Below are positions 28,776 through 38,871 of a stretch of 57,659 nucleotides of DNA, in pieces; position 1 is the stretch's first letter; each line of letters begins with the position of its first letter. Both the position numbers and the translations under genes were made by a program. Source of the DNA: an uncultured Bacilli bacterium (GTDB taxonomy: Bacteria; Bacillota_I; Bacilli_A; RFN20; CAG-449); assembly GCA_947626895.1 (NCBI GenBank), contig CANQTY010000001.1:68477-126135 (forward strand). Direction: 5' to 3'. Below the pieces are notes generated by a model. The model searched no databases. It had not been told where the DNA came from and was given only the letters and a program-made list of their open reading frames with translations.

Positions 28776-28988
28776 ATGAACATAATCGGACAATTTATTA
28801 AAGAAAACAGAAAAAAATTAAATCTTACACAAAAAGAGTTTGCCTTACGTTCAGGATTAGGAATTCATTTTGTACGTGATTTAGAACAAGGAAAAGAAAC
28901 TCTTCGTCTTGATAAGGTAAATCAAGCTCTCGCAATGTTTGGAATGACTGCTGTTCCAGGAAGGATGAAACATGGCAATGAAGAATGA
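28776..28988 (+). CDS. hipB: HipB-like Xre HTH antitoxin/regulator
   Basis: IGQFIKENRKKLNLTQKEFALRSGLGIHFVRDLEQGKETLRLDKV; first gene of a three-gene hip operon. Confidence 0.9.
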   Translation: MNIIGQFIKENRKKLNLTQKEFALRSGLGIHFVRDLEQGKETLRLDKVNQALAMFGMTAVPGRMKHGNEE

Positions 28989-29313
28989 CACGTATCGAGA
29001 AGCATATGTTTATATAAGAAATGAGTTTTGCGGTATTTTAAAGGAAACAGATGAAGGCTATTCTTTTTGTTATGACAAAGAATATTTAAAGAGAGAAAAT
29101 TCTCTTCCTATAAGCCTTACTCTTCCCTTACAAAAAGATGAATATAAATCTACAACTCTTTTTCCCTTTTTTGATGGACTAATCCCAGAGGGATGGATAT
29201 TGGATGTAGTCACTCATAATTGGAAAATTAAATATAAAGATCGATTTGGATTACTACTTGTTTCTTGTAGTGATCCTATCGGAGTTGTTTCACTAAAGGG
29301 AGAGAATAAATGA
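28972..29313 (+). CDS. hipS: HipA N-terminal-domain protein (HipS-like)
   Basis: YSFCY, PISLTLP, LFPFFDGLIPEGW, DPIGVV motifs. Confidence 0.88.
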   Translation: MAMKNDTYREAYVYIRNEFCGILKETDEGYSFCYDKEYLKRENSLPISLTLPLQKDEYKSTTLFPFFDGLIPEGWILDVVTHNWKIKYKDRFGLLLVSCSDPIGVVSLKGENK

Positions 29314-30272
29314 TGAAATGTCTTTGTTGTAATCAAATAATAGATGCAAATGCTAGTGAATATGAACGTCAAAATCATTGGCATTTAAAATGTATCCATA
29401 ATTTTTTTAATACAAATTTTTTACCTGAATTATACATTAATGAAACGACTTTAGAAGAAATCGCAAAAAGTTATATCAATCAAGGCTATACAATCCCTGG
29501 TGTGCAAAAGAAGTTGTCCTTACACTTAACCGAAGAAAAAAAGCCTAGACTAACTTTAGTAGATTACCCGACTGGATATATTTTAAAGCCCCAAACAGAA
29601 AAATATGCTTCTCTTCCTGAAGCAGAATTTCTCGTAATGAGTATAGCAAAAGAAATCGGAATTAAAGTCGTCCCTTTTGGGTTAATTAAGACAAAAGATG
29701 GTTTAGCATATATTACAAGAAGAATTGATCGTATAAAAAATAAAAATGGATATGATTTTTTAGCCATGGAAGATTTTTGTCAATTAGATTTACGCTTAAC
29801 CGAAGATAAATATAAAGGATCTTATGAACGATGTGCAAAAATCATCAAAAAATATTCTTCCTATATTCAATTTGATTTATCTGAATTGTTTTTAAGACTT
29901 TTATTTTGTTTTGTAATTGGTAATTCTGATATGCATTTAAAAAATTTCTCTTTAATTGAAATAAGTCCAAAATCCTTTACGTTTTCTTTATCTAGTGCTT
30001 ACGATTTACTTCCTGTTAATGCGATATTAAAAGAAGATCCTGATGAATTTGCTCTTGCCTTAAATGGTAAAAAATCTCATCTAACAAAAAATGATTTTAT
30101 CACCTATGGAGAACATATTGGTTTAAATTTAAAAACGATTTCAAATATGATTCAATTAATTATTAGTAAGAAAGATTTATTTCTTATGATGTGTGAAGAA
30201 TCTTATTTACCTTCATCTTTAAAAGAAGATTTAAAAGAACTCATCATTAATAGAATCCATAGACTACTTTAA
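29310..30272 (+). CDS. hipT: HipA-family Ser/Thr kinase toxin (HipT-like)
   Basis: TIPGVQKKL Gly-rich loop, YILKP, MEDFCQL, GNSDMHLKNFS, AYDL. Confidence 0.9.
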   Translation: MMKCLCCNQIIDANASEYERQNHWHLKCIHNFFNTNFLPELYINETTLEEIAKSYINQGYTIPGVQKKLSLHLTEEKKPRLTLVDYPTGYILKPQTEKYASLPEAEFLVMSIAKEIGIKVVPFGLIKTKDGLAYITRRIDRIKNKNGYDFLAMEDFCQLDLRLTEDKYKGSYERCAKIIKKYSSYIQFDLSELFLRLLFCFVIGNSDMHLKNFSLIEISPKSFTFSLSSAYDLLPVNAILKEDPDEFALALNGKKSHLTKNDFITYGEHIGLNLKTISNMIQLIISKKDLFLMMCEESYLPSSLKEDLKELIINRIHRLL

Positions 30273-30293
30273 AACCACGCTTTCACGTGGTTT
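30272..30293. terminator. Hairpin between convergent genes
   Basis: AAACCACG-CTTTCA-CGTGGTTT. Confidence 0.6.
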
Positions 30294-30300
30294 AGATTCA

Positions 30301-30492
30301 TTAAGAGTTTGATTTTTTTGAGGAACTTCTTTGGTTTCTTTTAGAACGACTTTTATTTCTTCCTTTAAATTCACTTGAGGTTTCTTCATCACGATTGTTA
30401 GGATTTGTAATCGTTTCTAAAGTTTTCATGTTCTTCGCACGTTGGTTTGTTTTACATTGCTTTGAATTTTGATTATTTCGACAAAATGACAT
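30301..30492 (-). CDS. Small basic N/S/K/R-rich protein, candidate small acid-soluble spore protein
   Basis: ATG 30492 with AAGGTGGTG RBS; EETSSEF motif; occupies the sspA position downstream of thiI. Confidence 0.6.
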   Translation of the reverse strand: MSFCRNNQNSKQCKTNQRAKNMKTLETITNPNNRDEETSSEFKGRNKSRSKRNQRSSSKKSNS

Positions 30493-30514
30493 ATTTTTCA
30501 CCACCTTACAAGGT

Positions 30515-30543
30515 TATTCTACCCTATAGGGATGAAATTATTC
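30515..30543 (-). promoter_or_regulatory. Sigma-F/sigma-G-like forespore promoter
   Basis: GAATA, 14 nt, GGGTAGAATA (fits GGnnAnAHTR) upstream of the SASP-like ORF. Confidence 0.5.
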
Positions 30544-30546
30544 TTT

Positions 30547-31731
30547 TTAAAAGAAAGATGAATCTTCTTCTTCACTAATCACGATAGTTTCTTTATTTTC
30601 TACGCATTCATTTACTAAAGTTTCATAATCAAATGCACTTTCAATTTGCTCAATTTTGTCCATATGGGGTGCAGTTGTAACATTCCTTGGTTCAAAAATT
30701 GTACAACAATCTTCATAAGGACGAATGGAAATATCATAGGTATGAATCTTTTTAGCTATATCAATAATTTCTACTTTATCTAACACACTTAAAGGACGAA
30801 TAACGGGTAAAGAACATACACTTTCAATGCGATTAATCGATACCATTGTTTGGGAAGCAACTTGACCAATCGATTCTCCGTTTCCTATCACTAAGCATTT
30901 GCGCTTATTTGCTAGCCTCTCGCTAATGCGATACATCATCCTTCGCATGATAGTAATGGCATAACTAGGACCAGCATAGCGATAAATTTCTTCTTGTAAC
31001 TTCGTAAAGGGAATAATATGAAGGATGATTTTCCCTTGATAAAAAGATAGTACTTTAAGGATGTCTTTAATTTTCGTGATCACTGCTTCAGAAGTATATG
31101 GAGGGGCAGCAAAATGAATACATTCAATTTGGATTCCCCTTCTTAACATCTTATAGCACGCGACAGGGGAATCAATTCCACCTGAAAGCATCATCATCGC
31201 CTTTCCTTGCATACCTAAAGGATATCCGCCTAAACCTTGGATATCATTTGTATAGATATACGTAAAATCTTCACGTATTGTAAGGGACACCAAAACATCA
31301 GGGTTATGAACATCTACTTTATAATCACTATGACTTAAAATATATCCTGCGATGTGTCGATTGATTTCATCACTAACCATAGGAAAAGTTTTATCTACGC
31401 GTTTTGCTCTAATTTTAAAAGTCTTTTTATTTTCTTTTAAAAGAAGATTTAAGGCAAATTCTTTCATTTTTTCAAGATTATTATCAATCCGATATACATA
31501 AGAAAAAGAAGATAATCCTGATACATTTTGTAAAACGGAAGATACTTCATTTAAATTTTCATCATTTAAATGAATATAGATATGATCTCTTTTTACTTCA
31601 TAAGTTAAAGAATCATATTTTATTAACATTCTTTTAATGTTTCTTGCTAAACAATCGATAAAATCTTTTTTATTTTTTCCTTTGGTCGATAATTCTCCAT
31701 ATCGTACCATAATCATGACATCGTTATTCAT
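30547..31731 (-). CDS. thiI: tRNA 4-thiouridine synthase ThiI
   Basis: RYGELSTKGKN, THUMP domain, LSGGIDSPVA, GESIGQVASQT, YEDCC. Confidence 0.97.
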   Translation of the reverse strand: MNNDVMIMVRYGELSTKGKNKKDFIDCLARNIKRMLIKYDSLTYEVKRDHIYIHLNDENLNEVSSVLQNVSGLSSFSYVYRIDNNLEKMKEFALNLLLKENKKTFKIRAKRVDKTFPMVSDEINRHIAGYILSHSDYKVDVHNPDVLVSLTIREDFTYIYTNDIQGLGGYPLGMQGKAMMMLSGGIDSPVACYKMLRRGIQIECIHFAAPPYTSEAVITKIKDILKVLSFYQGKIILHIIPFTKLQEEIYRYAGPSYAITIMRRMMYRISERLANKRKCLVIGNGESIGQVASQTMVSINRIESVCSLPVIRPLSVLDKVEIIDIAKKIHTYDISIRPYEDCCTIFEPRNVTTAPHMDKIEQIESAFDYETLVNECVENKETIVISEEEDSSFF

Positions 31732-31741
31732 AATACTCCTT

Positions 31742-32860
31742 CTAGCGAATCTTATTTAAAATTTGCTCTAGTTTTTCTAAGAAGATATCTACTTCTTCAC
31801 TTGTGGATTCATCACTAAATGATACTCTTAATGCATTTTGTGCTTCTTTTTCTTCAATACCCATCGCTAATAAGACATAAGAAGCAGAGCTTTTTTTAGA
31901 TGAACAGGCACTTTTTGTAGAAACAAAAATCTCTTCTTTAGATAATGCCTCGACAACAACACTTGCTTTTTTAAAAACGGAAAAGTTAATGATATAAGGG
32001 GAGCAAGCTGGTGTTGAATGAATTTTAATTCCTGAAATTTTATTTAAGCCTTGAATCAATCTATTTCTTAAAGCATCAATTTTTTCATAGTTTTCTTTTA
32101 AATTACTTAACGCAAGGCGTAAGGTTTTAGCAGCACTTACATTTAAAGGTACATTATCTGTCCCAGAACGATAACCAAATTCTTGACCTCCACCTGAAAA
32201 TAAGGGTTCTAAATCAATTGGATTTCTTTTTAAAAGAATCCCTGATCCTTTAAATCCATGAAGTTTATGTAAAGATAATGAAGCTAAATCGACATATTCT
32301 AAAGATAAAGGAATTTTTCCAATCGCTTGAGTAATATCACTATGAAAGAAGATTTTAGGATATCTTTTTAATTCTTTTCCTATTTCTTCAATAGGATTCA
32401 TTGCTCCTACCTCATTATTTACTGCCATAATAGAAACTAAAATCGTATCTTCTCTTATGGCATTTAATACCATTTCTTTAGTTACACTTCCATCAGGTAA
32501 AACATCTAAATAAGTGACAACAAATCCTTTCTTTTCTAATTGACGAAAAGCTTCTAGAACAGAAGCATGTTCTACTTTTGTAGTGATTAAATGCTTCCCT
32601 CGATTTTGATACATATAACTTACCCCTTTGATGGCTAAGTTATTCGATTCTGTTGCTCCAGAAGTAAAAATCACTTCCTGTTCATTAAATCCTAGTAAAT
32701 CCCCAATTTGTTTTCTAGCTTTTTCTTCAAATTCTTGGCTTTTTAAGCCCCATCCATGAGTAGAACTTGGATTACCAAAATACGTTTTAACAAAGGTTAA
32801 ATAAGGTGTTAATATCTCCTCTTTTATAGGAGTGGTCGCAGCATTATCAAAGTAAATCGT
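31742..32860 (-). CDS. iscS: Cysteine desulfurase (IscS/NifZ); apparent ACG start
   Basis: Open frame extends upstream of the track ORF to (ACG)IYFDNAATTP...GNPSSTH; FTSGATESNN, PLP lysine SLHK, SACSS. Confidence 0.92.
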   Translation of the reverse strand, partial: TIYFDNAATTPIKEEILTPYLTFVKTYFGNPSSTHGWGLKSQEFEEKARKQIGDLLGFNEQEVIFTSGATESNNLAIKGVSYMYQNRGKHLITTKVEHASVLEAFRQLEKKGFVVTYLDVLPDGSVTKEMVLNAIREDTILVSIMAVNNEVGAMNPIEEIGKELKRYPKIFFHSDITQAIGKIPLSLEYVDLASLSLHKLHGFKGSGILLKRNPIDLEPLFSGGGQEFGYRSGTDNVPLNVSAAKTLRLALSNLKENYEKIDALRNRLIQGLNKISGIKIHSTPACSPYIINFSVFKKASVVVEALSKEEIFVSTKSACSSKKSSASYVLLAMGIEEKEAQNALRVSFSDESTSEEVDIFLEKLEQILNKIR

Positions 32861-32908
32861 AATTATCCCTCCCTTCTACTCTATGAAAATATTTTCTTTT
32901 TAAATAGG

Positions 32909-34603
32909 TCAATCGTTTGATGTTGGATTCATTTTTAATTCAATGGAGACTGCTTCATCTAATGTTGTTACAAAATCCCCTTCTAAGAATGCATCCTCTG
33001 CACGAGTGAGAGCTTGACGAACATCCGAAAAAGCTTGACGATATCGATTTGCATAAACTACAGCATCTTCTGCTTCGTGGAGCTTGGCGTTTTGAGAGTT
33101 TACTTCGTCAACTAAACGAATTTCAATCTCTTCTGCTTTACTGACTTCAATATTGATGGCTTCAACATTAATTGGACGAGTTTTAATTAGCATTCCTATG
33201 CTTTCTAAATGTCCATAACACTCACTAATTTCATTTTTTAAAGTTGCACTATAATGCGGAACATTCATCTCTAATAAAGTCTTTTCTAGTCTTTTTAAAG
33301 AGACAAATTTTTCATTTAAAAAGACAAAGGCTTTTTCTGAATCTGCTTTTAAAGATTTTAAATAAGTATCAAAATCACTTAATAGTGTTAAAATCTTTTC
33401 AATTTCTCCTTGAACATCTTTTAATTTAGAAACGATGATTGTATAGGGTTGCATATAAGAAATCATCAAGTAACGTTCCAGTTCTGTTGACATCTTTTCT
33501 AAAGTAGAAATATCATTTTGTAATTCACTTAAGGAATCAAAATATTTTTCTTGTACCCAATAAATCTTTTTATATTCTGGAAGAACTTTTTTCAAATTCA
33601 TAAAGCGCTTTTTGATATTGAATTCATCTTGTGTCGCTTTTTTATTATTCTCATCAAAATAGAGTTTTGCTTCAACTTCTTCATTAAAGGCTTTCTTTAA
33701 ATTTTCTAAAATATGTTCTAACTCATCAATTTGTTTATCGGCATTTTTATAAATAAAACGCATGAGTTGTCGTTTAATTTCTTCCATTCGTTTTTGTACT
33801 TGATCAAGAGTGACATTCACTTTTAAATGATGTAAAGGATATTTTTCTTTTTCTAGCAAAAGATGTTGTTCTTGTAATTCATTCATCCTTTGGGGAAGAA
33901 TATAAGATAAACGTGAACATAAAGAAGGAAGTTTTTCAAAACCTAATTCGACTTCTTTAAGAATTTTATCAATATCTTTTAATTTTGAAGAAGCTTCTTC
34001 ATAATGCGCGCTAGAGGAGGACTTTTCAAATTCTTCAAATTGATTTTCAATGAGTTCAAAAACTTTTTGAATAGCTCCATCCATCAAAGATAATTCCTCT
34101 TTATGTGCTAAATAATATTCTTTTGCTTCACGAAAACGTCTTTGATAAGGAATTGCTTCATTATGACAAGCATCATCTTTTAATAAATAAGGATTCATCT
34201 TATCTTCTAAAGATACAATGGCTTTTTGATACGCTTCATAACAATTATTCGCATCAATTAAAGCGAGTTTAATTTGCTTTTTTTTATGTCCTTTTAATTC
34301 GTTGACTTTTTTCGCTTTCGCAAGTAAATCCTTTTCATATGTGTTAACTAAAGTATCCTTTTGTGTTCTAAAATCTTCATAAATTGGGACAAAATCAGAA
34401 TTTTGTTGAGAAATAAAATAAAAACGATGAACCATCGTGGCAACATTTTCTTGAACATATTTACATAATTCTTCTGCTTTCCTTTCAATATCAGATACAG
34501 AATCATTAAAATGCTTTTTTGAAATTAAAATGAATATCAAAATAATAATGGCTATTAAAATAACCACCAAAATAGGTACAAGAATAAGAACTAATGGATT
34601 CAT
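32909..34603 (-). CDS. ezrA: Septation ring formation regulator EzrA
   Basis: N-terminal TM, long coiled coil, C-terminal YANRYR patch; ezrA-nifZ-thiI synteny. Confidence 0.85.
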   Translation of the reverse strand: MNPLVLILVPILVVILIAIIILIFILISKKHFNDSVSDIERKAEELCKYVQENVATMVHRFYFISQQNSDFVPIYEDFRTQKDTLVNTYEKDLLAKAKKVNELKGHKKKQIKLALIDANNCYEAYQKAIVSLEDKMNPYLLKDDACHNEAIPYQRRFREAKEYYLAHKEELSLMDGAIQKVFELIENQFEEFEKSSSSAHYEEASSKLKDIDKILKEVELGFEKLPSLCSRLSYILPQRMNELQEQHLLLEKEKYPLHHLKVNVTLDQVQKRMEEIKRQLMRFIYKNADKQIDELEHILENLKKAFNEEVEAKLYFDENNKKATQDEFNIKKRFMNLKKVLPEYKKIYWVQEKYFDSLSELQNDISTLEKMSTELERYLMISYMQPYTIIVSKLKDVQGEIEKILTLLSDFDTYLKSLKADSEKAFVFLNEKFVSLKRLEKTLLEMNVPHYSATLKNEISECYGHLESIGMLIKTRPINVEAINIEVSKAEEIEIRLVDEVNSQNAKLHEAEDAVVYANRYRQAFSDVRQALTRAEDAFLEGDFVTTLDEAVSIELKMNPTSND

Positions 34604-34712
34604 TTTTTCACTCCTTTCCTCAACAAGTTTCTGTTTAAAGTATAACTTTTTTTCTTTATAAAGAAAAGAGCTTTTAAAAGAAGATTTTTTAAGGTAAAAC
34701 TAGGCGATAAAA

Positions 34713-37187
34713 TTATCTTTTTGCCTCGTAACCTGCTTCTTTAATTTTTGCAATTACTTCATCAACATTCATTTCATCTTCATAATCAATAGTGACATTC
34801 TTTTTTTCTAAAGAAGCTTCTGCATTTTTAACCCCATTCACAGATTTTGCGGCATTTTCCACATGCATTTTGCAATGAGCGCACATCATTCCTTCCACAT
34901 TTAAGATTATCGTTTTCATAGAATTTTCCTCCTTATTTTCTATAATATTTTCTTCTATATTCTTCATCCTTTTTGGATGATATAAATAAAGTGTTAAAGC
35001 CGTGCATACGACAAATAAGCTAGAACAAGACATAGCAAAGCTTGCTATCATTGGATTTAATTCAATACCAAAACTCGGATAAAATACTCCAGATGCTAAA
35101 ATTATACCAATTAAATTATAAATAAATGCCCAAAATAAGCCGACTAAAATCGTATGATACACGCGCTTTGATAAAGTAATGACATTATATACATCCATCA
35201 AATCATCTCTTAATAAGATAATATCACTAGAATCAAGCGCAATATCACTACCTCTTCCTAAAGCAATACCTAAATCTGCGCCCATAAGGGCAGGTGCATC
35301 ATTAACTCCATCTCCGACCATTGCTACTACATCTTTTTCATTACGTTTTAAAGATTTAATAGTTTCCATTTTATCTTTCGGTAGGACATTTGCTTTTACT
35401 TCGTCAATATGAACTTCACTTGCAATTTTTTGTGCTGTATCTAAATTATCTCCAGTAAGCATTACCACACGGATTCCAAGTTTTTTTAAATACTCTATGG
35501 CCATTAAAGAAGTCTTTTTAACCTCATCTTTTAAAGCAATAATAGCAAGTAATCTATGATCTTTTAAAAACACTAAAGTCGTCTTTCCTTCTTTCATAAG
35601 TTCTTCCATTTTGGGATTTTTTTCTTGTAATAAACGACTATTTCCTATTTCGTAAAGATGATTATCAATAATCCCTGAAATTCCCTCGCCTTCTTTTGAA
35701 GAAAACTCCTGTACTACTTTTAAAGTTGCTTTCTTTAAAGAAGTGTAATTTACTAAGGATTCCGCTAAGGGATGCTCAGATAAAGATTCTAAAGAATAAA
35801 TACTCATTAATATCTCATCTTCATTTCCATAAGTTATTAAATCTGTAACCTCTAAAGCACCTTTAGTTAATGTACCCGTCTTATCAAAAACAATAGTATT
35901 AATATGGTGGGCCTTTTCTAAAATCTCTGCATTTTTAATTAATAAGCCCGATTCTGCTCCCTTACCTGTTCCCACCATAATGGCTAAAGGCGTTGCTAGT
36001 CCTAAAGCACAAGGACAAGCAATGACTAAAGTAGAAATAGCAAAATTAAAGGCTCTTTCAAAAGGATATCCCATAAAGAAGAAGGTAAAAAATGAAATTA
36101 AAGCAATCACTAATATTGCAGGAACAAAATAGAAAGAAAATTTATCAACCATATGAGAAATTGGTGCTTTAGAATCGGACGCTTCACTTACCAAGCGAAT
36201 AATCGTTGCAAAAGAAGTATCTTCTCCAACTTTTGTTGCTTTCATTTGTACATAACCTGAACTTACTAATGATGAAGCCATAACTTCATCGCCTTCTTTT
36301 TTATAGATAGGTAAATTTTCTCCAGTTAAATTTGCCTGATTAAAGGAGGCACTTCCATAGATAATTATTCCATCAACAGGTACAGCATCTCCTTTTTTTA
36401 AGATGATAATATCATCTAATTTAACATCTTCGATAGGAACAATAACTTCTTTATTATCTTTTAATAAACATGCTGTTTTAGGTGCTAAATCCATCAATTT
36501 GCTAAGCGCGGATGTCGTTTTCTTTTTTGATAATTTTTCTAAATATTTACCTAAACTAACTAAAGTTAAAATCATTCCCGCGGATTCAAAATATAAATTA
36601 TCATGATAATTCATCACGATATCCATATGATTAAAACCTAAGCCATAACTAATCATATAAATAGCAAAGATACCATAAATTAAAGAAGCCGTTGCACCTA
36701 AGGCAATTAAAGAATCCATATTCGGGGCTAAATGAAATAACTTTTTATATCCAGAAATAAAATATCTTCGATAAATAAATACAATAGGTAAAACGAAAAT
36801 AAATTGACTAAAGGCAAAGGCTAATGCTCCTTCATGTCCATTCATAAAAAAGGGTAAAGGTAAACCTACCATATGTCCCATAGAAACATACATCAATAAA
36901 AGCAAAAAGATAAAAGAGATAATCAAGCGAATCAATTCGCTTTTTGTATCATCTTCAATTTTTGTTTCTTGAGAAGTTGATGGCAAATAAGCTTCATAAC
37001 CTACTTTTGATACAGCCTTCATGATTTCTTGATCATTAACGACATTTTCATCATATTCAACCATCATCGAATTCGACATTAAACTAACATGAACATTTTT
37101 TGTTCCTGTTAGTCCTTCAACTGCTTTTTGTACATGGCTTTGACAAGAAGCACAAGTCATGCCCTTCACTAAGAATTTCTTTTTCAT
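34713..37187 (-). CDS. copA: Copper-exporting P1B ATPase with N- and C-terminal HMA domains
   Basis: GMTCASC, TGE, CPCALG, DKTGT, SEHP, TGDN, GDGVND, YN; C-terminal GMMCAHC. Confidence 0.95.
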   Translation of the reverse strand: MKKKFLVKGMTCASCQSHVQKAVEGLTGTKNVHVSLMSNSMMVEYDENVVNDQEIMKAVSKVGYEAYLPSTSQETKIEDDTKSELIRLIISFIFLLLLMYVSMGHMVGLPLPFFMNGHEGALAFAFSQFIFVLPIVFIYRRYFISGYKKLFHLAPNMDSLIALGATASLIYGIFAIYMISYGLGFNHMDIVMNYHDNLYFESAGMILTLVSLGKYLEKLSKKKTTSALSKLMDLAPKTACLLKDNKEVIVPIEDVKLDDIIILKKGDAVPVDGIIIYGSASFNQANLTGENLPIYKKEGDEVMASSLVSSGYVQMKATKVGEDTSFATIIRLVSEASDSKAPISHMVDKFSFYFVPAILVIALISFFTFFFMGYPFERAFNFAISTLVIACPCALGLATPLAIMVGTGKGAESGLLIKNAEILEKAHHINTIVFDKTGTLTKGALEVTDLITYGNEDEILMSIYSLESLSEHPLAESLVNYTSLKKATLKVVQEFSSKEGEGISGIIDNHLYEIGNSRLLQEKNPKMEELMKEGKTTLVFLKDHRLLAIIALKDEVKKTSLMAIEYLKKLGIRVVMLTGDNLDTAQKIASEVHIDEVKANVLPKDKMETIKSLKRNEKDVVAMVGDGVNDAPALMGADLGIALGRGSDIALDSSDIILLRDDLMDVYNVITLSKRVYHTILVGLFWAFIYNLIGIILASGVFYPSFGIELNPMIASFAMSCSSLFVVCTALTLYLYHPKRMKNIEENIIENKEENSMKTIILNVEGMMCAHCKMHVENAAKSVNGVKNAEASLEKKNVTIDYEDEMNVDEVIAKIKEAGYEAKR

Positions 37188-37193
37188 ATTGTA

Positions 37194-37484
37194 CTATTGA
37201 AACTTTTTAAATAATTCGACAATTTCATCTACACTATCGAGTTTTCCATTTTGGATATCATTCACTAAACAAGTGTGCATGTGATCATCTAAAATTTTAT
37301 TTGCTAAACTTTTAATGGCTTTATCTACCGCGGATAATTGAATTAAAACATCATCACAATAACGATCTTCCTCGATCATTTTGGCAATCCCTTTTACCTG
37401 GCCAGCAATTTTATTTAGGCGAGAAATGAAGTTTTTCTTATCTTCTTCCTCTCTTTTTTTAGTTCTAAAACATTCTTTACTCAT
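37194..37484 (-). CDS. csoR: Copper-sensing repressor CsoR
   Basis: RLNKIAGQVKGI, YCDDVLIQ, HMHTC; ATG 37484 behind GAGGTG. Confidence 0.92.
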   Translation of the reverse strand: MSKECFRTKKREEEDKKNFISRLNKIAGQVKGIAKMIEEDRYCDDVLIQLSAVDKAIKSLANKILDDHMHTCLVNDIQNGKLDSVDEIVELFKKFQ

Positions 37485-37502
37485 AAATTTCACCTCGAAG
37501 AC

Positions 37503-37531
37503 ATTGTATACCCTATATAGGTATATGTCAA
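37503..37531 (-). promoter_or_regulatory. Sigma-A promoter with CsoR operator in the spacer
   Basis: TTGACA, 17 nt, TACAAT; inverted repeat TATACC-N7-GGTATA at 37507-37525. Confidence 0.85.
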
Positions 37532-37566
37532 TAGATGAATTTTATGCATAAAAGAGTTAATTTACT

Positions 37567-38811
37567 TCATTTTTTTGCAATTAAAGCTTCATGTTGATTT
37601 TTATTTTCAACATTTAAAATCTCTTTAAAATAATCTCCTTCATTTTGCTTGATTAAGGAAATTAAAGATGAATTTTGCTCTATCATTTCATGAACTTTTA
37701 AATAATCTCCATCAAAATAATACGTATTGATTTTAGATAATAAATCGGTAATCTTTTCTCCATTTTCTCCATAAATTCTTTGATTTTGGGCAAGGCTTTG
37801 AATGTAATATTTATGATAAAAGCAATTAAAAGAAGCTTCATTAAATATTTCATTTTCACTTACTTTAATAGCTTCATATTCATACGCATTTTCATAGATA
37901 GAAAGTTTCCCTACTCGATTTCCATAATCTAATAAAGAACCTGAGGCAATATCATAAATTCCATTTTCTTCTTTAATATTTTGAATATGTAAATGTCCTG
38001 AAAAATTTAAGGTTACATTATATTTTCGATATAAATCTAAAACTTGATTCGCATTTTGTAATGTATAAAAATAATCAAAAGCAGGATGATGAGTATATAA
38101 ATTATGATGAGAAAAACTCATGACATGAATATTTTTATCTCTAGCTTTTTTTAAGATAGATTCTATCCACGTTAAAGTGGGTTCATAAAGTTCACCACTA
38201 GTAAAAGATTCTCCATATTCATAATTAAAGCGATTTAAGGTAGTATCAAGCATAAGACCCCAATGGGAAGAATCAAAAGGAACAACATAAGAATGGGTTT
38301 CTTGATCTTTAAAAAGAGCCTTATTATAGCCATAATTTTCATAAAGAGTTTCAAATTCACTATTTCTTATAGATGGTGTAGATTGCGTTTGGTCATTAAA
38401 AAATGAATGAGCATCCATTTCAATATCATGATTTCCTGGGATGACATAAAAATTTGTTATGTCCTTTAATACATCTAATTCTTTAATTAAATCTTCATGA
38501 GACTTTTTTTCTCCATTAAATGTTAAATCTCCAGTTAAAACTAAAGCTTTAGGTTTTTCTTTTTTTACTTTATCAATTAATAAATGGAGAATTTCTACAT
38601 CTTTTTCTTGATAACGACCATCACGAGTCATATTTTCTTTACGATAAAGTTCATTTTCAGGGCTAAGTAATTCATCGCTTAAATAATGTAAATCACTAGC
38701 GACCATAATATCAAAGATATATTCTCCTTTTTCAAGAGGAATATCTTCTTTACAAGAACATAAAGAAATACTTAATAACAAAGAAAATATAAACGTTAAA
38801 ATTCTTTTCAT
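37567..38811 (-). CDS. Calcineurin-like metallophosphoesterase lipoprotein
   Basis: Lipoprotein-type signal ending LCSC; SDLH, TGDLT, PGNHD, SHH, SGHLH motifs. Confidence 0.9.
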   Translation of the reverse strand: MKRILTFIFSLLLSISLCSCKEDIPLEKGEYIFDIMVASDLHYLSDELLSPENELYRKENMTRDGRYQEKDVEILHLLIDKVKKEKPKALVLTGDLTFNGEKKSHEDLIKELDVLKDITNFYVIPGNHDIEMDAHSFFNDQTQSTPSIRNSEFETLYENYGYNKALFKDQETHSYVVPFDSSHWGLMLDTTLNRFNYEYGESFTSGELYEPTLTWIESILKKARDKNIHVMSFSHHNLYTHHPAFDYFYTLQNANQVLDLYRKYNVTLNFSGHLHIQNIKEENGIYDIASGSLLDYGNRVGKLSIYENAYEYEAIKVSENEIFNEASFNCFYHKYYIQSLAQNQRIYGENGEKITDLLSKINTYYFDGDYLKVHEMIEQNSSLISLIKQNEGDYFKEILNVENKNQHEALIAKK

Positions 38812-38871
38812 ATCTATATTTTAAAAGTAAGCTATTTTATTTTCTATTAAAAAAAGCGATACACTCGCTTT

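Noticed and set aside
32877-32915. CATAGAGTA sigma-K/E-like -10 upstream of iscS
   Set aside because: No matching -35 at the right spacing, and the motif is easy to meet by chance in AT-rich DNA.
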